A DNA stretch of 64,000 bases, taken from the NCBI GenBank assembly GCA_902587545.1, contig CACILL010000001.1:396022-460021 (forward strand). Reading direction: 5' to 3'. Position numbers and translations under genes: made by a program. This stretch comes from an uncultured SAR86 cluster bacterium (lineage in GTDB: Bacteria > Pseudomonadota > Gammaproteobacteria > Magnimaribacterales > AG-339-G14). This document shows, in pieces, positions 26,862 to 35,416 of the stretch. The stretch's first letter is position 1. Every line of letters begins with the position of its first letter. The notes under the pieces are model-generated. The model searched no databases, was not told where the DNA came from, and was given only the letters and a program-made list of their open reading frames with translations.

Positions 26862-28769
26862 TTAATTGTAGTTATTGCTGCTGAGCTCAAGACCTTTGAG
26901 ATCCCCTTTATCACGCCATTTTTTCATAAGTTTGAAAAAATTCAGAGCTCCTCCGCCGTAAGGATTATTTTGTGGAGCTTGCATAGGCTTACCTTCATTA
27001 TTGTAATAACCTGGGGTGCAACTTTCTTGAAAACTCAACATATCTCGTGAGTTATCTATGATAGTTTTTACCCAATTTTCCTCACCTTCTTTTGAAGCCT
27101 CAACTAAAGACATATTCTTTTCTCTCATGGCTTTTAAAATATATGCAAGGTGGATACTTTGTTCATCTAGAGAATGCGTATAGTTTGCTGTGAAGCCAGC
27201 TTGTTGAGGGCCAAAGAAAAAACTATTTGGGAATCCGCGACTATGCATGCCATGCATAGTAGATAGACCATCTTTCCACTTATCCATTATTGAAAGACCT
27301 TTTCTGCCATAAATTTCATAACCACTTCTTCTGGTGTAGTCAGTTCCCACCTCAAAGCCTGTAGCAAATATGATGCAGTCAACTTCATATTCTTTGCCAT
27401 CGAAGAAAATGCCTTTTTCAGTAATTTTATCTAGACCTTTGCCTTGCGTATCGACCAAAGTCACATTTTCGCGATTGTAAGTATCTAGGTATTCATCGTG
27501 AAAACATGGGCGTTTGCAAAATTGTCGGTAATAAGGCTTTAAAGATTCAGCTACGTTTGGATCTTTTACTATCTCTTCAGCTCTAGCTCTGATTTGCTCC
27601 ATTTTGGCAAAATCTACCATTTCAACTTTATTCGAGATATTTTCTTTCCCAACAAAGTTCATGAATTTATCGGCCATATATGGCTTGAGGCCTTTTTTAT
27701 AAAAATCTTTATTGAATGGTGCAAGTAATGCCCACAAAGCCATTCTGAGTTTAGATGGTCCTGATGCCCTGAAAGCTGACAATATAGTTCTGAAAATTTC
27801 AGTCCAACCATCATTTACTAAATCTTCTCCACTGAATTCTCCTGCTAGAAATCCTTCAAAGTTAGCTCTTCTTTTTTCATGCCATCCAGGCTTCATAGAA
27901 TTAAACCAGGCTTCATCGGTTTCTCTATTTGCTCTTACATCTATCGACGAGGGTGTTCTTTGAAAAACATAAAGCTCTTTTGCAGATGCTCCCAAATGCG
28001 GAATACATTGCACAGCAGTTGCTCCTGTACCAATGATGGCTACTTTTTTATCGGAAAGATTTTTCAGGTCTCCGTGAGACGATCCTCCGGTATATTCGTA
28101 GTCCCATCGACTAGTATGAAAAGTATGTCCTTTGTAGTCATTGATTCCATCTATTGCAGGCAGCTTTGGTCTGTTCAAAGGCCCATTTGAGTGAACCACA
28201 AAATTTGCAGTAATTTCATCGCCTTTGTTGGTTTTAATGGTCCATAATCCAGATTCATCTGACCACTTCGTCTCAGTGACTTCTGTTTGCAAAATTGAGT
28301 TTTCGTAAAGCTTAAACTTTTCAGCTATAACTCCACAGTACTCTAAAGTCTCAGGAGCATTGGTGTATTTTCTTTTGGGGACAAAGCCAGTTTCTTCAAG
28401 CAACGGAAAATAAATATAAGATTCAATGTCACACGAGGCTCCAGGATATCTATTCCAATACCAAGTCCCTCCAAAGTCTCCCCCTTTTTCAATTATTTTA
28501 AAATCATTAAATCCTGCTTCTCTTATTCTTGCAGCAGCCAGCATTCCGCCAAAACCACCGCCGATAATTGCGATTTCAGTATGTATTTTTAAAGATGCCC
28601 TTTCTGCTTTTTTTTCAACATATGGATCTTCTACAAAATACGAGAAATCACCTTTTACTTCCTGATATTGGTCGTTGCCATCAGAGCGAAGACGTTTATC
28701 TCTTTCCTCTCTGTACTTTTGACGAAGTTTTTCCGGATCAAAATCAAATTTTTCTATATTTGCTGCCAT
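26862..28769 (-). CDS. Baeyer-Villiger-type flavin monooxygenase
   Basis: It has the FAD motif IIGGGFGG, a BVMO fingerprint variant YKGHTFHTSRWD, a second dinucleotide motif IIGTGATAVQ and FATGFE. Confidence 0.85.
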   Translation of the reverse strand: MAANIEKFDFDPEKLRQKYREERDKRLRSDGNDQYQEVKGDFSYFVEDPYVEKKAERASLKIHTEIAIIGGGFGGMLAAARIREAGFNDFKIIEKGGDFGGTWYWNRYPGASCDIESYIYFPLLEETGFVPKRKYTNAPETLEYCGVIAEKFKLYENSILQTEVTETKWSDESGLWTIKTNKGDEITANFVVHSNGPLNRPKLPAIDGINDYKGHTFHTSRWDYEYTGGSSHGDLKNLSDKKVAIIGTGATAVQCIPHLGASAKELYVFQRTPSSIDVRANRETDEAWFNSMKPGWHEKRRANFEGFLAGEFSGEDLVNDGWTEIFRTILSAFRASGPSKLRMALWALLAPFNKDFYKKGLKPYMADKFMNFVGKENISNKVEMVDFAKMEQIRARAEEIVKDPNVAESLKPYYRQFCKRPCFHDEYLDTYNRENVTLVDTQGKGLDKITEKGIFFDGKEYEVDCIIFATGFEVGTDYTRRSGYEIYGRKGLSIMDKWKDGLSTMHGMHSRGFPNSFFFGPQQAGFTANYTHSLDEQSIHLAYILKAMREKNMSLVEASKEGEENWVKTIIDNSRDMLSFQESCTPGYYNNEGKPMQAPQNNPYGGGALNFFKLMKKWRDKGDLKGLELSSNNYN

Positions 28770-28806
28770 ATTGAATTACCTTAATAAATTTAAAAAAAAA
28801 TATAAC

Positions 28807-30045
28807 TTATGACATTTGTCGTGTCAAAAGATTGTTTTTTCGAAAAGAATTGTATAAGAAAAATAGAAATAGTAGGTTTATAGACAAGTATCCGGCCAAT
28901 GGCAGAGTGTATTTGTTTGCTTCGGGAAGGAAAAAAGAAGTTAAGAAAACTCCTATTAAAAAAACTATTCTGAAAGCGTCTGCCAGCAAAGCCTTTTTGC
29001 TGTCCAACCACAAAGAAACACAGTATGCGGTTGAAACCATTGCAATAGCAACAACAATACCTTGCAGCAGGTTCAGTTCGCCCAATTCAATAAAGACTGT
29101 GCTGATTAGAGACACGAATATCAGCTGAAAAAAAGCGTAACTTTTGGATGCCAAAGAGGAATTAGGATTGTATTTTTCAAAATTCTGAACATCGAAATCT
29201 GTTTTTGGAGATAAATGACCTGAATCGGTTGGAATCCACCTGGTTGGTGCAACCAAGACATAAAGCTTATCTTTAAGATTTTTTGTATGAAATATTTCTC
29301 TTAGCATCTTCACATAAATATGAAGATTTGCCCAAACAGGATTAAAAGTTTTTAAAGGACCCCTAATGCCATAAACAGGAGAAAGATTGTCTTCCTCCTC
29401 CTTGAAAGTTCCAAACAGTCTATCCCAAATAATAAATACCCCGCCATAATTCTTATCTATGTATTCCTCATTTTGAGCATGATGAACTCTGTGATTAGAA
29501 GGAGAAACGAAAAATAACTCGAACCATCCCAATTTAGGAACATGTTCTGTGTGAACCCAAAATTGATAAATCAAATTAATGGAAGCTACTGAAACAAAAA
29601 CATAAGAAGGCACGCCGATAATAAAAAGCGGAATATAAAATACCCAAGTCAAAAAGAAACCTGTACCAGTCTGTCTTAATGCCGTAGATAAATTGTAATC
29701 CTCGCTTTGGTGATGAGCCACATGCGATGCCCAAAAAATTTGTCTCTCGTGACTAATTCTGTGAAACCAATAATAAAAGAAGTCATAGGCAATAAAGGCA
29801 ACGATCCAAGTAAGAATTGAACTTGAATCCCATCTTGGCAATGAAAAATGTGTTTCCACAAAGAAGAAAACTGCTCCTCCTAGGCCTATTTTCAATGCCA
29901 AACTAGTAGACCGAAGAGCTCCCATAAACATACTAGACAAAGCATCATTGGCTCGGTAAGTATTATTATTTTTTAACCAACCATAAGATAGTTCTATTAG
30001 GATGGCTAATAAGAAAAACGGAACTGCATACGGAACATAATCCAT
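28807..30045 (-). CDS. Fatty acid hydroxylase / sterol desaturase family protein with a C-terminal multi-TM extension
   Basis: His boxes are HRISHE, HVAHHQSEDYN and HRVHHAQN. A further roughly 130 aa of hydrophobic sequence follows the catalytic domain. Confidence 0.8.
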   Translation of the reverse strand: MDYVPYAVPFFLLAILIELSYGWLKNNNTYRANDALSSMFMGALRSTSLALKIGLGGAVFFFVETHFSLPRWDSSSILTWIVAFIAYDFFYYWFHRISHERQIFWASHVAHHQSEDYNLSTALRQTGTGFFLTWVFYIPLFIIGVPSYVFVSVASINLIYQFWVHTEHVPKLGWFELFFVSPSNHRVHHAQNEEYIDKNYGGVFIIWDRLFGTFKEEEDNLSPVYGIRGPLKTFNPVWANLHIYVKMLREIFHTKNLKDKLYVLVAPTRWIPTDSGHLSPKTDFDVQNFEKYNPNSSLASKSYAFFQLIFVSLISTVFIELGELNLLQGIVVAIAMVSTAYCVSLWLDSKKALLADAFRIVFLIGVFLTSFFLPEANKYTLPLAGYLSINLLFLFFLYNSFRKNNLLTRQMS

Positions 30046-30050
30046 AAATT

Positions 30051-30440
30051 CTATAGTTGTTTAATTGCACAAAGCTTGTTGCCAGAGGGATCTCTCAAAT
30101 AGGCTAAGTACATTTTCATGCCTTCAAATTCTCTAACACCAGGCGCATCTTCAATGGAAACTCCACCAGATTCAAGGCCTGCTGCATGCCATTTATCTCC
30201 CTGAGCTTCATCTTCTATGTTGAATCCTATAGTTGAACCATTTCCTGCAGAAGCTGGCTCCCCATCGATAGGCTCTGAAATACAAAAAGTCATTCCCTCT
30301 AAAAAATAAAAGTAACGAGTTTGACCAGTAAGATTTGGAACCATGAGTCCTGGTTTTGCACCTAAAACTCCTAGAAGATTGTCGTAAAAAGTTTTAGATT
30401 CCTCAATGTTGTTTGCTCCAACCATAATATGACTAAACAT
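30051..30440 (-). CDS. VOC (glyoxalase/bleomycin-resistance/dioxygenase) family protein
   Basis: It is 129 aa and the N-terminal pattern FSHIMVGANNIEESKTFY is typical of the VOC fold. Confidence 0.7.
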   Translation of the reverse strand: MFSHIMVGANNIEESKTFYDNLLGVLGAKPGLMVPNLTGQTRYFYFLEGMTFCISEPIDGEPASAGNGSTIGFNIEDEAQGDKWHAAGLESGGVSIEDAPGVREFEGMKMYLAYLRDPSGNKLCAIKQL

Positions 30441-30468
30441 AATTTCCCCTGTAATTTGTTTTTAATTT

Positions 30469-31335
30469 TTAGTAGGGTCTGTCGCCTACGACTGTAACCC
30501 TTTCAACTTTTCTTACTTGCGGCCAATAATCTGACACGGCATAGTGTTGGCACGCTCTATTATCCCAAAACGCAATCGAATCCTTTTCCCAGATAAATCG
30601 ACACTGATACTCAGGTATTGCCGCTTGAGCATATAAAAAATCTAGCATAATGGAAGATTCTGTAGCATCCCAGTCTTTTATATATTGTGTAAAAGCTTTG
30701 TTTACGTATATAACTTTTTGTTTTGTATCCGGATGCGTGCGAATCACAGGATGTTCAGGGCTTGGATACTTTTGATTAAAAGCCCCTATTTCAGCTTCAC
30801 TTTTGCCTTGTTTGATTAATCTTTGTCTAAAACCAGCAAAATCATGAACAGCAATTGCTCCTTCTAACTTTTTCTTCACTTCCTCAGACAGCCCTTCATA
30901 GGCCATGCACATGTCAGAAAATAAGGTATCGCCTCCAACCTGAGGACCCTCAATCATGCGCAGAATAGATCCCAAGGAAGGTTCTTCCCTCCAAGTAACA
31001 TCAGAGTGCCAAGTGTTTTCTCTACCTTTGCTCTTTTCGTTATGAGTTATGCTGAGAACTTCTGGGTATCCTTCTTTGTGCGGCGCAAAAGGATGAACTT
31101 CTAGCTCACCAAATTGTTTTGCAAACCTTAAATGATCCTCGGTACTGAGATTCTGCTTGCGAAAAAAAATAACTTTGTAAATGAGTAGAGCTTGGTAAAT
31201 CAATTCATAAGTTTTCTTATTGAAATCTTCTCTTAAATCAATTTCCAGAAGCTCTGCTCCAATATTTGGAGACAATCGATTAACTTTGAAAGGTAAATCC
31301 AATTTTTCAAAGTTTTCAAAATTCAAATTTTTCAT
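30469..31335 (-). CDS. TauD/TfdA family Fe(II)/2-oxoglutarate dioxygenase
   Basis: The HxD iron motif lies in NTWHSDVTW, with a distal His in ACQHYAV. Confidence 0.8.
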   Translation of the reverse strand: MKNLNFENFEKLDLPFKVNRLSPNIGAELLEIDLREDFNKKTYELIYQALLIYKVIFFRKQNLSTEDHLRFAKQFGELEVHPFAPHKEGYPEVLSITHNEKSKGRENTWHSDVTWREEPSLGSILRMIEGPQVGGDTLFSDMCMAYEGLSEEVKKKLEGAIAVHDFAGFRQRLIKQGKSEAEIGAFNQKYPSPEHPVIRTHPDTKQKVIYVNKAFTQYIKDWDATESSIMLDFLYAQAAIPEYQCRFIWEKDSIAFWDNRACQHYAVSDYWPQVRKVERVTVVGDRPY

Positions 31336-31355
31336 TTAAATATAGATTAAAAAAT

Positions 31356-32261
31356 TTAAAGTTTATTTACAACCTCATCGTAGGATGGCATTGATTTAGC
31401 AGCACCTTTTTTGGTCACTGATAATGATGCTGCACAATTTGCAAATTTAGCGGCAGAAAACATATCTGGATTTTCCGAAAGAGAAAATCCCAAGGCCCCT
31501 ACGAAACAATCTCCTGCACCAACTGTATCAATAGCTTCAACTTTTCTTGATTTGAAATATTTTCTTTTTCCTTTTGCATATGCAATTACTCCTAAATCTC
31601 CCAAGGTAATAACAACATTTACATGCAAGGGAATATTTAATGAGGAAAAATTTTTATCAATGAAATCTATATCAACTGATTGAGGAGCCTTATTAAGAAG
31701 GCCTAAAAATTCAGTCTCATTAACCACTAAAATGTCTGTTTGCTCCAATAATAACTTTGATGGTTTTTTGTACGGAGCTAAATTGAGTATCGTTAAACAA
31801 TTTTTTTGTTTCGCGCGCTTAAACAAATCTGAGGTCTCATCTTCTTTCAGCTCCATCGTACCAATTACAATTGAGCAAGCTTCTAATTCTTTATTACTTA
31901 CTTGTTTGCTTTTGGAATTCTTATTTATGCCTGGAAAAGCCACGACTTCATTTCTGCCATCTTCTAATACATTTATCAATGCAACACCTGATTGTCCTTT
32001 CTTCCTTCTCAAGTTCTTTATATTTACTTTTTCTCTTTCGATTAAAGACACTAGATCCTGACCAAACAAATCTTTGCCAACGGTTCCAACAAAACTTACC
32101 TTTGCGCCCAGTCTCGCCAAAGCTACTGCTTGATTCGCACCTTTTCCTCCCAAAAAGAATTCTATTGAGTTTGCTTCAATTGTTTCGCCTTCTTCAGGAG
32201 ATCTTGGAAGATAAGCAAAAAGATCCATATTAATGCCGCCAAAAACAATAAAGTCAGACAT
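31356..32261 (-). CDS. PfkB-family sugar kinase, ribokinase-like
   Basis: It has ribokinase signature 1, GGKGANQAVALARLG, and signature 2, DTVGAGDCFVGAL. Confidence 0.8.
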   Translation of the reverse strand: MSDFIVFGGINMDLFAYLPRSPEEGETIEANSIEFFLGGKGANQAVALARLGAKVSFVGTVGKDLFGQDLVSLIEREKVNIKNLRRKKGQSGVALINVLEDGRNEVVAFPGINKNSKSKQVSNKELEACSIVIGTMELKEDETSDLFKRAKQKNCLTILNLAPYKKPSKLLLEQTDILVVNETEFLGLLNKAPQSVDIDFIDKNFSSLNIPLHVNVVITLGDLGVIAYAKGKRKYFKSRKVEAIDTVGAGDCFVGALGFSLSENPDMFSAAKFANCAASLSVTKKGAAKSMPSYDEVVNKL

Positions 32262-32264
32262 CTT

Positions 32265-33326
32265 TTATGATTTTTTTAATTGTGAACTTATATTTTCTCG
32301 GAGATTCTCTGTTCTTTGAATAAGATTTTCTAAACTTAATTCTCCTATGCCGGAAATGGTAGTGTTAACTTTACCTTTCCAAGGATCGGTCCACTTTGAT
32401 GGAATCTCACCATTAGCAAGACCAAACAAACCGCCAACAGTTGCTCCATTGCAATCGGTATCCCATCCCGCTGAAACTGCTTCACCTACTGCTTTATCAA
32501 AAGAATCCTGAAAACTTAAAAAAGCCCAAACAACTATGGCTAAATTATTAAGGCTATGGACTGGGGAAAGATCTTTATATTTGTCTACAATTTTATTGCA
32601 AGCTTTACCGATATTTTTTTTCCCTACTTCCACTGCTTTATAGGCATCTGAAGTTTTGTCTATATATTTTAAGGCTTCTTCAACTGCATCTATTCTCTTT
32701 TCTTTAACTGGTATTAGAGCTGCAAGAGCAGCAATATATGCAGAACATTCTACGGCACACCCTCTATGAGATAGGCGCGCATCTTTCCTTGCCAAATCTG
32801 CAGCTATTGCTGGGTTGCCAGGCAGAACCCAACCATACATATCGATTCTTATTTGTGCTCCAATCCAATCATTAAACTCATTATCGCTCAGAGTATCGAT
32901 ATCAAATTTTCTTTCCCCGCCCCACTGGTAATCAAAGTTCATATTTTCTAATAACTTGATGTACGCCTCTCTTTCTGCCGTAAAAGTAGCACCAGCTGGC
33001 AGTTTATTAATCCATGTTCTTGCAATGTCATCTGTATCAAGTTTTAAACCATGTTCTTCGAGCATCATTAAAGCTAAAACTGTGTAAGTGATGTCGTCAT
33101 CTTGTTCAGCTCTACTAATTTTTCCCTTGCAACAATTAATTGATAAGCCTTTTATTAATGGATGCTCGACGTGATTTATATAATCCCTCAACGGGAAAGA
33201 CTTTGCTTCTTTAAGGTAGTTTTCTAAAGAATCTTTTCCTTCTCGCATTGATAAAATTTCTATGGGTTTGCCAAGCAAACAACCCGAAATCCTTCCTTCC
33301 CAAGCTGCTTTTATTCTGTTCATCAT
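32265..33326 (-). CDS. ADP-ribosylglycohydrolase (ARH/DraG) family protein
   Basis: It has the acidic motif QDDDITYT near the N-terminus and the C-terminal metal motif GWDTDCNGATVGGL. Confidence 0.75.
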   Translation of the reverse strand: MMNRIKAAWEGRISGCLLGKPIEILSMREGKDSLENYLKEAKSFPLRDYINHVEHPLIKGLSINCCKGKISRAEQDDDITYTVLALMMLEEHGLKLDTDDIARTWINKLPAGATFTAEREAYIKLLENMNFDYQWGGERKFDIDTLSDNEFNDWIGAQIRIDMYGWVLPGNPAIAADLARKDARLSHRGCAVECSAYIAALAALIPVKEKRIDAVEEALKYIDKTSDAYKAVEVGKKNIGKACNKIVDKYKDLSPVHSLNNLAIVVWAFLSFQDSFDKAVGEAVSAGWDTDCNGATVGGLFGLANGEIPSKWTDPWKGKVNTTISGIGELSLENLIQRTENLRENISSQLKKS

Positions 33327-33368
33327 TTTTTTATTTTTTAAAGCTTTGAGAAAAAGCTTATAAGAATT

Positions 33369-33995
33369 TTATTTTCCTCTGATTCTTTCAATTATTAGGC
33401 CGATTAGTAACAAAAATACAAATAAGGCAAATCTTAAATCGGTAATGAAAGGAGTTTCTACAGGGATGGCTATCGTCTTATCTAAGGCCTCAACTTTGTA
33501 TTCATGCCTTTCATCAAAAACAGGATTCAGACCGATTTCAAACAAATCTCTTCTGCTTCTGTATCTAAATATTGCAACAATGTCCCAGTCCTCCATTCCT
33601 TGGGCAGCAACGATATCCAGAGCAGGATTTAAAACAAAAGCAAAGAATACGGGATGTGAAGCTCTTTTAAACTGTTGTGGCCACATGTATTCCATGTAGT
33701 GCATCTGCAAATCTAATGAAGTTGCTCCTTCTCCAGTAGCTTCCATGGTTCGCGGTGATTCGTTTCTATCAAGAAAGTTCACCATATAAAAGTCTTTGCC
33801 ATCATCTTCACTCATGAACTTGAACGCGATTTCCCATTGCTCAGAATCTCTTCTATCAGAATTACTTTCCTCGAAGATTTTTTTGTAGGTTTCAATCTCT
33901 TGATCTGTAAGAGGACCGGATAAGTTCGTGTACCAGAGAAAAAAAACTGTATAAACAACTACGATAGGAAGCCAAAGCTTAATATTGAATTTCAT
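33369..33995 (-). CDS. Hypothetical protein with TM helices at both the N- and C-termini
   Basis: It is 208 aa. I recognise no family. Confidence 0.5.
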   Translation of the reverse strand: MKFNIKLWLPIVVVYTVFFLWYTNLSGPLTDQEIETYKKIFEESNSDRRDSEQWEIAFKFMSEDDGKDFYMVNFLDRNESPRTMEATGEGATSLDLQMHYMEYMWPQQFKRASHPVFFAFVLNPALDIVAAQGMEDWDIVAIFRYRSRRDLFEIGLNPVFDERHEYKVEALDKTIAIPVETPFITDLRFALFVFLLLIGLIIERIRGK

Positions 33996-34005
33996 TAAAT
34001 CCCTC

Positions 34006-34794
34006 TTAGTCTTTTAAAAACATTACCATTTTATGTCTTTTAGGTCTTCGATTTTTAAATTCTGCAATCGAAGTTTCTTTGAAGTTTGAATTTCTACCTC
34101 CAGAAAAGCTTCTGCCTAAAATATACGCTTTGCTATAACCAGAATCTTGCAAAATTTGTATTGAAGACATGCAGTTCTTTAAATTTCTTGTCATCTCCAT
34201 TTCCAAAGAAACTACTGGAGAATCAGAAAGAAGAATGTCTTTAGCTCCTCTTAAGGCAGCTTCTTCATGCCCTTCTATATCTATTTTTAAGTAAGATATT
34301 TTCCCTAAATTATTTTCGGATTTAAAATTATCAAGTTTCTCAACCTGAAAGATCTCATTTGATTCCAAATCTTCAACAATTTTGCCTGAGCTAAGATTTC
34401 CTTTATCAACAAAAGCTTTTAAAGCCTCTTTTTTGTCGGATAGACCTAAATTAAGTGGCGTAATATTGCTTACTGATGAAGCATTGATCTCTAGAAGCTT
34501 AAAAACTTCTTTATTTGGTTCAAAAGAAAAAACTCTTTCAAAGATTCTTGAAAAGAATAATGAATGATTACCAATGTTAGCTCCCGCGTCTATGCAAATC
34601 TTTTTGTCGAGTTGCATTGACGAAAAAAACTTTTCTACGGCATAAAGCTCTCGTTTCTCAAACCACCCATCTAAAATGATTTTATGGGTAATGTAATCAT
34701 TTGCATAAGTAGCAATAGGTAAATTGATTAAAGAACTTTTTTTTGCAGCACGTTTTATTGCTCTTGAGAGAATAAATCTAGTAAGTAGATTCAT
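34006..34794 (-). CDS. FkbM-family methyltransferase
   Basis: It has CIDAGANIGNHSLFFS and LKIDIEGHEEAAL, both typical of FkbM. Confidence 0.7.
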   Translation of the reverse strand: MNLLTRFILSRAIKRAAKKSSLINLPIATYANDYITHKIILDGWFEKRELYAVEKFFSSMQLDKKICIDAGANIGNHSLFFSRIFERVFSFEPNKEVFKLLEINASSVSNITPLNLGLSDKKEALKAFVDKGNLSSGKIVEDLESNEIFQVEKLDNFKSENNLGKISYLKIDIEGHEEAALRGAKDILLSDSPVVSLEMEMTRNLKNCMSSIQILQDSGYSKAYILGRSFSGGRNSNFKETSIAEFKNRRPKRHKMVMFLKD

Positions 34795-34817
34795 GATGAT
34801 TTCTGAGTTTCTTTTTC

Positions 34818-35363
34818 TTATTGTGCATTAGTTTTTGTTTGCCAAAATTTAAGCATCTTTAAAGTTGTATCGTCTTTTGCAAAAAAATGATGATAAAGAG
34901 CTGCGCCAATGTGGATGATAATTAATAGTATGATTGCATTTGTACAAAACTCATGAAAACCTCTAATCAGATGAAAGGTGCTTTGATTGTGAAGTGCAAA
35001 AGCCAAATCGATGCCAAAAACTATTATTGGGTCTGAAGCAAAGCTCGCCATTGATATTCCGGTAATTATGAGCCCTGCCATAAGAAAATATAAAGAATAA
35101 TGTCCTAATTTTGCAGAAGCTACCTGCCAGGCAGGCATCGTTGATGGTAGTTTTGGGGCTCCATAAAAATATCGTAATATTATTCTTAATATAAATAAGA
35201 AAGTTACGATCATACCGGCTGTTGCATGATCAGATCGTGACTCAAGTCTGTCCCATAGTTCCATATTGCCGCCAAACTTTTGGGCGACATTAAGATCCAA
35301 CATGATAATAATTGCCATAAGCCAATGGATTATTTTCTGTGTCTTTAAGTAATCAATAGTCAT
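34818..35363 (-). CDS. Cytochrome b561 family protein
   Basis: It has 4 TM helices with conserved His residues (IHWLMA, and HxxxxxxH near the C-terminus). Confidence 0.75.
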   Translation of the reverse strand: MTIDYLKTQKIIHWLMAIIIMLDLNVAQKFGGNMELWDRLESRSDHATAGMIVTFLFILRIILRYFYGAPKLPSTMPAWQVASAKLGHYSLYFLMAGLIITGISMASFASDPIIVFGIDLAFALHNQSTFHLIRGFHEFCTNAIILLIIIHIGAALYHHFFAKDDTTLKMLKFWQTKTNAQ

Positions 35364-35416
35364 AAATTATCAAGAAAAAAACTTCTTATATTCATATTAG
35401 AATGCGTTGAGATCAT

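Noticed and set aside
28790-29128. Two short ORFs (73 aa on the minus strand, 98 aa on the plus strand) at the 3' end of the long FA-hydroxylase gene.
   Set aside because: Both overlap the hydroxylase coding sequence in alternative frames, and their sequences are low-complexity and basic.
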